Source of the DNA: Thermoproteaceae archaeon
GTDB lineage: Archaea; Thermoproteota; Thermoprotei; Thermoproteales; Thermoproteaceae
Assembly: GCA_020833025.1 (NCBI GenBank)
Contig: JAJHRB010000043.1
Location: 1 to 13,952, forward strand
DNA: 13,952 bases
Reading direction: 5' to 3'
Below are positions 1 to 5,719 of the stretch, in pieces. Numbering within the stretch: position 1 is the first letter of the stretch; each line of letters starts with the position of its first letter. The notes under the pieces were generated by a model. The model ran no database searches, was not told where the DNA came from, and worked only from the letters and a program-made list of their open reading frames with translations. A program made the position numbers and the translations under genes.

Positions 1-806
1 TAGACTATGGGCGCGGCCATGACGCCAACAGCTATGGCAATGCCCCACGCTACGTTCTGGATCACGTGCGCCGTCTCGGGGAAGTTCGCAAATATCGCGC
101 CGAGCCCGACCGTGACGAAGACCAGATACAGCATGAACTTGGCGTAGGGCGCCACGCTGGCGAACTCTGGGTGGTCCTCGACAATGTTGCGCACAAGCGT
201 ATAGCCGATGAACACCCCGGCGCACATTATAACGGCCCCGAGTATTAACGGGTACACGAACTGGCCCGTGAAGAGCATCATGTCAAGCGCTATAGAGACC
301 ACGAGCGCGACGAGGCCCACGAGCAGCAGGTTCCTGAACATCTCGCCGAGCTCGGTGAACTGCTTGGGAAACATGCCCGTTAACAGCTTGCCTATATAGC
401 TCGTCATGAGCGCCACGAGTATCAGCCCTGCCGTCAGCAGAATCACGCCCCCTATCAGTCTGGGCAGGTACTCCGCAACTCTGGCGATGATCGCGCCCGC
501 CTCCCCGCCTATCCGCAAGTAGCCCAGCGCGACAACTATGCCGATCACAATAACAAACGCCGTGACGAGCATGCCGATTAGGTTCGAGAGGTCGACCCCC
601 GCGGCCCTAAACGCCCTGCCCACGTCAGTGCTGTCGAACGCCCTCTCGAGCCCCGACCTCTCAATGAGCCTGTTGACCGCCCTGCCTATGAGCACGCCGA
701 TGCCCCACGAGATTAGCACAATTGCCAGCGCCACGAGACCCTGGGTCACGTACGGTATTGCCCTCTGCAGCAGTGACTGCCAGTCGACGGCCAGCTGCAA
801 GAACAT
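1..806 (-). CDS. Multi-pass membrane protein, conserved TM-helix-repeat / CmpX-like (MscS-associated) family; 3' end runs off the window
   Basis: Missing from the ORF track because there is no stop in the window. Manual translation from ATG 806: MFLQLAVDWQSLLQRAIPYVTQGLVALAIVLISWGIGVLIGRAVNRLIERSGLERAFDSTDVGRAFRAAGVDLSNLIGMLV...VAEYLPRLIGGVILL...GVMAAPIV, open to position 3, with many hydrophobic helices. The 'YLPRLIGGVILL' unit is typical of TM-helix-repeat proteins. An in-frame ATG exists at 836, but the TATA spacing favours 806. Confidence 0.8.
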   Translation of the reverse strand, partial: MFLQLAVDWQSLLQRAIPYVTQGLVALAIVLISWGIGVLIGRAVNRLIERSGLERAFDSTDVGRAFRAAGVDLSNLIGMLVTAFVIVIGIVVALGYLRIGGEAGAIIARVAEYLPRLIGGVILLTAGLILVALMTSYIGKLLTGMFPKQFTELGEMFRNLLLVGLVALVVSIALDMMLFTGQFVYPLILGAVIMCAGVFIGYTLVRNIVEDHPEFASVAPYAKFMLYLVFVTVGLGAIFANFPETAHVIQNVAWGIAIAVGVMAAPIV

Positions 807-826
807 ACCTGCGCCGTAGCGCCCCG

Positions 827-833
827 TTTTAAG
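827..833 (-). promoter_or_regulatory. TATA box (CTTAAAA) for the membrane protein gene
   Basis: AT-rich box starting 27 nt upstream of ATG 806 in a GC-rich context; same spacing as at other genes in the window. Confidence 0.55.
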
Positions 834-852
834 CATTGCACTCCGCGCCGGC

Positions 853-1362
853 TCACCTGCCGCGGAGCACCCTGCCGGCCTCAAGCGACACCTCCTTCCA
901 CTTCTCGCGCAGCCTGCCCATCACGGTGGGCTCTATGCCTAGCGCGAGCGAGGCGTTCGCAAGCCACTCGTACCTCCTCGCGAGCCTGCGGTACTGGGCC
1001 GCGAGCTCCCTCAGCCTCTCCCTCCTCCCGGACCCCAGCGCCGACCTCATCCTCTCGAGCAGCGCCTCCACCTCCCGGAGCAGGTCGGTTGCCAGCCTCT
1101 CGATGGCAGACTTCGCCAGCGGCCTCAGCTCCCTGTACTGCTCGTCTGTCAGCTCTATCGCGGCGATCTCGAGCGTGGGCCCCTGCCCCGCCTCCTCCCA
1201 CCTCTTTATGACGTCCCTCTTTATCGCCTCGATGGCTCTCGCCACTCTCTCCCTCGGCAGCCACGAGAGGTAGACGCCGGGCAGGAGCTCCAGCCCGTCC
1301 ACTTGCGCGAGCGCCCTCCTCACGAGGCTCTCGTCGTCGGACTTGACTATGACGAGCATCAT
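853..1362 (-). CDS. Hypothetical protein, 169 aa; N-terminal alpha/beta domain followed by a coiled-coil helical region
   Basis: Natural-looking composition (MMLVIVKSDDESLVRRAL...LPGVYLSWLP), amphipathic helices, and fills the space between neighbours. The overlapping ORFs in other frames are low-complexity shadows. Confidence 0.8.
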   Translation of the reverse strand: MMLVIVKSDDESLVRRALAQVDGLELLPGVYLSWLPRERVARAIEAIKRDVIKRWEEAGQGPTLEIAAIELTDEQYRELRPLAKSAIERLATDLLREVEALLERMRSALGSGRRERLRELAAQYRRLARRYEWLANASLALGIEPTVMGRLREKWKEVSLEAGRVLRGR

Positions 1363-1393
1363 CGCGCAAGGAAGTTTACCGCACCGCTATCTA

Positions 1394-1603
1394 TTATTGG
1401 CGAGCTGCGGTAGGGAGAGTGGCTGCACGACCGCCTGCACGTTCGAGCGCGCGCGGCGGGGGGCTCCAGGACTTGTACGCGGGCAGCCGCTCGGGTATAT
1501 CCACTGTCCGGCGGTGTCCCTCAGAAGCAGCAGCTATTGCAGCGGTGAGGGCTAAGATTAATGCGGCCGCCGCCTCTCTCAAGGGGGGCTTGGCTGCCGC
1601 CAC
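1394..1603 (-). CDS. Possible small membrane-anchored/secreted protein, 69 aa
   Basis: GTG start 26 nt after a TATA-like CTTTATGT (1629-1622); hydrophobic stretch AAAALILALTAAIAAAS near the N-terminus; tandem TAA TAG stops. No recognisable family. Confidence 0.4.
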   Translation of the reverse strand: MAAAKPPLREAAAALILALTAAIAAASEGHRRTVDIPERLPAYKSWSPPPRALERAGGRAATLPTAARQ

Positions 1604-1621
1604 GCATTAAAGTGCATAAGA

Positions 1622-1629
1622 ACATAAAG
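1622..1629 (-). promoter_or_regulatory. TATA-like box (CTTTATGT) for the leftward small ORF / hypothetical gene
   Basis: AT-rich patch 1607-1628 in GC-rich DNA; 26 nt from GTG 1603. Confidence 0.4.
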
Positions 1630-1675
1630 GCTGCGCGCCTAAGCGCGCGGCAAGCGGCCCGCCCCTAGAGGCCAG

Positions 1676-1682
1676 CTTAAGA
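1676..1682 (+). promoter_or_regulatory. TATA box (CTTAAGA) for the C/D sRNA
   Basis: Only AT-rich box immediately upstream of box C; predicts a transcription start a few nt before 1708. Confidence 0.55.
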
Positions 1683-1707
1683 GCACGCCCTCAGAACGGG
1701 CGCCGCC

Positions 1708-1757
1708 GTGATGAGTCCGGCAGGAGTCGACCGGTGAGAGGACTTAGCCCTACCTGA
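1708..1757 (+). ncRNA. Box C/D 2'-O-methylation guide sRNA targeting the 16S rRNA 5' domain
   Basis: Box C GTGATGA 1708-1714; 12-nt guide GTCCGGCAGGAG 1715-1726; D' TCGA 1727-1730; C'-like GTGAGA 1734-1739; guide GGACTTAGCCCTAC 1740-1753; box D CTGA 1754-1757. The 50-nt size is canonical. Guide 1 is complementary over 11 nt to the conserved archaeal 16S sequence UCCUGCCGGAC; guide 2 is complementary to GU(A/G)GGGCUAAG about 25 nt downstream in crenarchaeal 16S (recalled sequence). Confidence 0.9.
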
Positions 1758-1760
1758 ACG

Positions 1761-2087
1761 CTAGCAGACCGCCTCCTCGGCGTCTATGAACCTCTTGTAC
1801 CACCCGGCGTACTGCTCCGGCCTCACTATGTGGAGCTCCAGCAGCGGCGCCGCCTCGCCCGCCGCCTCTCTGAGGGCGAGGGCCACCCTGGCCCTCTCCC
1901 AGGGATCCTCGGGCGCGTTGGGCGAGATCACTAGCACGTCGATGTCGCTGTCAGCCGACCAGTCGCCCCTGACAACGCTGCCGAATGCAACAATCGTAAC
2001 CTCGCCGAGCAGCTCTCGCGCCTTGCCGCACAGCCTCTCCACGTACAGCCTCCAGTTCCTCAGCCTAAGCCCCCGCTCTACGTGCAT
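1761..2087 (-). CDS. Minimal nucleotidyltransferase (MNT), antitoxin of a HEPN-MNT pair
   Basis: 108 aa with the intact motif FGSVVRGDWSADSDIDVLVI and the distal ELHIV strand; ATG overlaps the end of the HEPN gene by 10 nt. Confidence 0.92.
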   Translation of the reverse strand: MHVERGLRLRNWRLYVERLCGKARELLGEVTIVAFGSVVRGDWSADSDIDVLVISPNAPEDPWERARVALALREAAGEAAPLLELHIVRPEQYAGWYKRFIDAEEAVC

Positions 2088-2373
2088 AGCGCCACGAGCT
2101 CCTCCGCTACCTTGACCAGGCGCTCCACGACATCTCTGCTATACCGCCTCGGCAGGCACCGGGCGCCCAGGTAAGCGTCCTCCATGACCTCAAAGGCAAG
2201 CGCGTGCCTCTCGTAGAGCTGCCAGAGCTCCGGCCTGAGTGCCCTGACCTCCTCGAAGAGGCGCCTGAGGGAGTGTGCGCGCGGGTGATACCCTGCCCTT
2301 GACGCCAGCACGTACCTGAGCGCCAGCTGGCACGCCTGCTCCGCGTGCAGGCCCGCTCCCCCAACACCTCCAT
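2078..2373 (-). pseudogene. HEPN-domain protein (COG2250-like), probably disrupted by an internal deletion with frameshift
   Basis: The body frame has HEPN motifs HAEQACQLALRY, HPRAHSLRRL and EDAYLGARCLP. ATG 2373, preceded by GGAGG, reads MEVLGERA in a different frame. The first helix that normally lies between these parts is absent. The ORF-track N-terminus (MREGGDGGVGGAG, from 2389) is not HEPN-like. Confidence 0.7.
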
Positions 2374-2412
2374 CTCCTCCCTCCCTCACGACCTCTACTG
2401 AATTACTGAACT

Positions 2413-2419
2413 GTTAAAG
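2413..2419. promoter_or_regulatory. TATA element (GTTAAAG / CTTTAAC) probably shared by the divergent ATPase and HEPN-MNT units
   Basis: 27 nt upstream of GTG 2441 on +; reads CTTTAAC on -, about 40 nt upstream of ATG 2373, leaving room for an SD-containing leader. Confidence 0.5.
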
Positions 2420-2440
2420 AAAGTAAGTGCGGCGAATGCT

Positions 2441-3538
2441 GTGATCAGTTCCGTCTACGTAGAGAACCTTAGAGGCGTGAAGAGTTGCAGGGTGGGTAAC
2501 TTGACCAACGTGAACGTCTTTATCGGGCGCAACGGCGCGGGCAAGTCCACGCTACTGGAGGCAATCTACATCGCCTCAGCCTGGGCAAGCCCAATAGACG
2601 CGGTGAGAGATACGCCCAAGCTCCAATACGTCATTGCGAGGAGGAGAAGGAGGAGAGGCCGCTTCGGAGCCAGGCGTGAATGGGAGAAGTACAGAGACGT
2701 GCTGTGGTTCAATAAAAACACGGACGAGGAGATCAAGATCAAGCTGAGATTTGGCGAGAAAGAACTAGACTTCAGACTAATGTACCACCAGCCCCAATTC
2801 CCTGACGCACCTGCTCTGTGGCTAGCGGTGCCCCTTAACTCCGGTGGCATCATCTATTACCAGAGGCCGAGCCGGTTCTGGAGCCCGCCCACGAAGCCGC
2901 CACCTCTGATACCTGCTGACTTCCAGATAAGGGTAGAGGAAGGCTTGCGCCAAGAGCTGGAATTCGTGGGTAACGTCCTACTGCTGGACAGCAGGCTAAC
3001 ACCGCAGGATCTGGAGCTGAGGGTTTGGCCCAAGCTCCTCGACAGAAGACTGGACATGCTAATCGTTGAGATGTTGAAGGAGGAATACGAGATAGACGCA
3101 GATGACATAACCTACAAGCCGGTGGGGGGCGAGTACGTGCTGGCACTTAAACTGAAGAACACCACAGTGGAGATTGACGCGCTGGGAGACGGCGCCAAGC
3201 TTGCTGTGCTTTATGCCTCTCCCCTGGCGCTCGTGAAGAACACCGCGGTGCTGATAGAGGATCCCGAGACACATCAGCACCCGGCCGGGCTCAGGGCGTT
3301 GATGAGCTTCGCCCTGAAGATCGCGAAAAGGCAGAACCTCCAGCTGTTCATCACAACGCACAGCATGGAACTCGTAAACATCGTCAGGCATTTGGCGCGC
3401 GAGCTCGACATGGGGATCCACGTGTACTTCATGGAGAGGGGGCCAGACGGCGTTGTGGACGTGAGGGTGCTGGAAGAGGTAGACGTGGATATCCTCCAGA
3501 AGATGGGACTAGATCCAAGGTTTCTCTATCTAGTGTAA
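2441..3538 (+). CDS. ABC-superfamily ATPase (AAA_15/AAA_21-like; OLD/AriA-type)
   Basis: N-terminal VENLRGV strand, Walker A GRNGAGKST, signature-like LGDG, Walker B/D-loop LIEDPETHQHP, H-loop FITTHS; no transmembrane partner. Confidence 0.9.
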   Translation: MISSVYVENLRGVKSCRVGNLTNVNVFIGRNGAGKSTLLEAIYIASAWASPIDAVRDTPKLQYVIARRRRRRGRFGARREWEKYRDVLWFNKNTDEEIKIKLRFGEKELDFRLMYHQPQFPDAPALWLAVPLNSGGIIYYQRPSRFWSPPTKPPPLIPADFQIRVEEGLRQELEFVGNVLLLDSRLTPQDLELRVWPKLLDRRLDMLIVEMLKEEYEIDADDITYKPVGGEYVLALKLKNTTVEIDALGDGAKLAVLYASPLALVKNTAVLIEDPETHQHPAGLRALMSFALKIAKRQNLQLFITTHSMELVNIVRHLARELDMGIHVYFMERGPDGVVDVRVLEEVDVDILQKMGLDPRFLYLV

Positions 3539-4131
3539 TGCTGGACTTGCTTAAGCTTAGGCATGCTATTGCTGTAATTGTATGTGAAGGGGAGACGGAC
3601 AAGGCGGTGGCCGGCGAAATAGCAGCAAAGCTAGGCGTGTCGGGCCTTCTTTTTCTGCCGGCAAGAGGTATAGACACAATCCCGGACATCCTGGAGATGT
3701 TAGTCGCGCTCATACGCGTCGTGAGGAAGGTCAGAAGCATTGTCGTTGTGGTAGACGGCGAGGATGTCAGCAGCCCGCTCGAGCGGGCCAGGCGCATAAG
3801 AGACTCGCTTGTATCCCGCTTCGCCAGCAGAGGCATAAATGCGGAGATCGCCGAACCTCAGCCAGCCGGCGCACAACTCTACGAGATCAGTGTGCGGTAC
3901 GAGAATAGAGATGTCAGCTTGTTCATAGCTGTAAGCGGTGATTTCTCTAAGTCCTCGCCTAGGCGAGCCATAGAGGATCACTGCATTAAGTTGCTAGGCT
4001 CCGCCCCTCAGGACAAAGACAAGTTATATCAACCGTGCCTAGACGCGATAAAACGCGAAAACGTTGAGACCGTGTGCAACGCCTTTCCCCACATCTGCGC
4101 TGCATTGAGAGCCGTGGGCCAAAGCGATTAA
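3538..4131 (+). CDS. TOPRIM-like protein (DUF3226/DUF4435-like), partner of the upstream ATPase
   Basis: TAATG stop/start overlap with the ATPase; TOPRIM-type motifs VIVCEGETD and VVVVDGED. Confidence 0.75.
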   Translation: MLDLLKLRHAIAVIVCEGETDKAVAGEIAAKLGVSGLLFLPARGIDTIPDILEMLVALIRVVRKVRSIVVVVDGEDVSSPLERARRIRDSLVSRFASRGINAEIAEPQPAGAQLYEISVRYENRDVSLFIAVSGDFSKSSPRRAIEDHCIKLLGSAPQDKDKLYQPCLDAIKRENVETVCNAFPHICAALRAVGQSD

Positions 4132-4159
4132 CATGATTTGATTATGCGAGGAGACTTCT

Positions 4160-4615
4160 TTACATCTCTATAATTTGCTGTAGACAGCTCTCAAACCGAG
4201 AGCCGGCGTCAATCCTCCTCCCCCAACTCGGTCTGTAGGTAAGTACAGGCACCTTCATGTTTGAGCTTGTCGCCAGGGCTAAGGCCTAGCCACCTGGCGA
4301 ACTCCTCGATGTGGGGTCGAAGACCACTGCGACGACGCCAGCGAGTTTGCCCAGCCCCGGCCCTACCCAAACCTTTTCGCAGATCTGTATCAGCTGGAAA
4401 TTCTTGCTCACTAAAGTCCTAGCGTCGGTGGAGACCTCGTAATCTATCAGCACGAGGAGGCGGTCGCACTGCTGCTTGAACCTCCTGGCTGTGTTGTGCA
4501 GTATGCGCTCGCGGCCGTAGTCGGGCTTGTGTAGCACCCTGCCGCCCAGCACGCCTCTAAGGTATTCGCCGATGCAAGCGTTGCCGTAGCACTCCGCTAC
4601 GATGCACATCTGCAT
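4160..4615 (-). pseudogene. Small TOPRIM-like partner of ATPase 2; frameshifted near 4313 (the ORF-track version stops at 4286)
   Basis: N-terminal CIVAECYGN and LLVLIDYE resemble degenerate TOPRIM motifs. After VVFDP the annotated frame gives TSRSSPGG*, while the shifted frame gives IEEFARWLGLSPGDKLKHEGACTYLQTELG. A second shift at C5 4220-4224 returns to the original frame: RRIDAGSRFESCLQQIIEM* (TAA 4162-4160). Start overlaps the ATPase stop by 19 nt. Confidence 0.6.
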
Positions 4616-5688
4616 AAACGGAGCACCTCGCGCGGCCTCATGAAGAGGATGTCCTCAGACGTCACGAGCTCCTCCGTCAGTCTGTCCTTGTCTAGCTCGG
4701 CTACCTCAGTGAGGCCCCCGCTTCCCCTATATACGTAATACAGCGTGACGTCGAGCTTGTCCCTGAGCAGAGAAACCAAGATTGGTTTGTGGGTTGTGAT
4801 CACCACGCGCCCCACCTCGCTAAACTTCACAATATATTTTACAAGGAGATTAAAGAACTGCGGAAAGATTTGTCCCTCAGGTTCCTCCAACAACACTAGC
4901 ACTCTTTCCTCTAGACCAAAGAACTTTGTAAAGAAGGCTGCTGAGGAAAGGCCGATGAGATTATAAAGGATGCGGTATATCGAGTCAGGGGCGGCGTAGG
5001 GCCTCATAGCGATGTCATTGTCGAAGATGGCAAATCTCCCGTCCTCCAGCAGCTTGACGTCCACAGGGCCCAGCTCGGACAGCTCGGCGTTCAAGTCTCT
5101 AATGGCCTCTGGCTGTCTCTTTGCAACAATGCCGATGTTCTTTCCGTCCTCTCGCAGAATCTCTCGCGGGACGTCGGTCTCGAAGCCCTTAACGATACTG
5201 CTAGGCACGTCATCTCTAAACCTGTCAAATCCGTATAATCGCGCTAAAACCCTTCCCTTTAAACCGCTCAGCTTATTCACAAACTCGTGTGGGTAGAGCG
5301 CATACCAGTATGTGCCATGCTTGAATAAGCAATAAGTTCCACCAATTGTTTGTCGTAATGGTAATTCAATTCCGTCGAGCTCAATGCGAGGGCCTCCGTG
5401 AAAGTATATGCGCAGCGAACGGCCCCACTCGCGCGCATTGATGTTAATTTCGATCGCCTTGGTGATGTCGTAGAACGTAAAGAGGTCGCTCACCTCCGCG
5501 GCTCTGAGCAACTTGTGCAGCGGCTCCAGAGCGCCGTAGTATGCATATTGGTCAAAGTACGTCGCCAGAGCTGTTGCCTCCAGTATGTTTGACTTGCCCG
5601 CGAGGGGAAGGCCCAGCAGGACTGTGACCCTCCCGAGCCTTATCCTCGCCTCTCTCACGGACTTAAAGTTCCTGATCAAGACCTCCAC
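4597..5688 (-). CDS. Second ABC-superfamily ATPase (AAA_15/AAA_21-like)
   Basis: IRNFKSV strand, Walker A GLPLAGKSNILEA, Walker B/D-loop LLEEPEGQIFP, H-loop VITTHKP; different subfamily from ATPase 1. Confidence 0.9.
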   Translation of the reverse strand: MEVLIRNFKSVREARIRLGRVTVLLGLPLAGKSNILEATALATYFDQYAYYGALEPLHKLLRAAEVSDLFTFYDITKAIEININAREWGRSLRIYFHGGPRIELDGIELPLRQTIGGTYCLFKHGTYWYALYPHEFVNKLSGLKGRVLARLYGFDRFRDDVPSSIVKGFETDVPREILREDGKNIGIVAKRQPEAIRDLNAELSELGPVDVKLLEDGRFAIFDNDIAMRPYAAPDSIYRILYNLIGLSSAAFFTKFFGLEERVLVLLEEPEGQIFPQFFNLLVKYIVKFSEVGRVVITTHKPILVSLLRDKLDVTLYYVYRGSGGLTEVAELDKDRLTEELVTSEDILFMRPREVLRLCRCAS

Positions 5689-5708
5689 GGCCCGCGCGGC
5701 GGGTCTTC

Positions 5709-5715
5709 AAAATAT
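5709..5715 (-). promoter_or_regulatory. TATA-like box (ATATTTT) for ATPase 2
   Basis: 27 nt upstream of GTG 5688, in the 31-nt gap after the nnr stop. Confidence 0.4.
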
Positions 5716-5719
5716 GTTG

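Noticed and set aside
836-1369. ORFs 836..1273 (+) and 881..1369 (-)
   Set aside because: Ser-rich antisense and Arg/Gly-rich alternate-frame shadows of the 853-1362 gene.
1631-1650. Hairpin CTGCGCGC-CTAA-GCGCGCGG between the divergent promoters
   Set aside because: Built from GC dinucleotide repeats that are common in this DNA; no T-tract and no supporting context.
1363-1700. Possible tRNA, SRP RNA or RNase P RNA in the GC-rich gap
   Set aside because: No cloverleaf or T-loop, no SRP helix-8 motif and no convincing RNase P conserved regions found by eye; a covariance-model search would settle it.
2078-2389. HEPN as an intact 103-aa gene from GTG 2389
   Set aside because: The N-terminus is Gly-rich, derived from the SD region and not HEPN-like; a better start lies in another frame.
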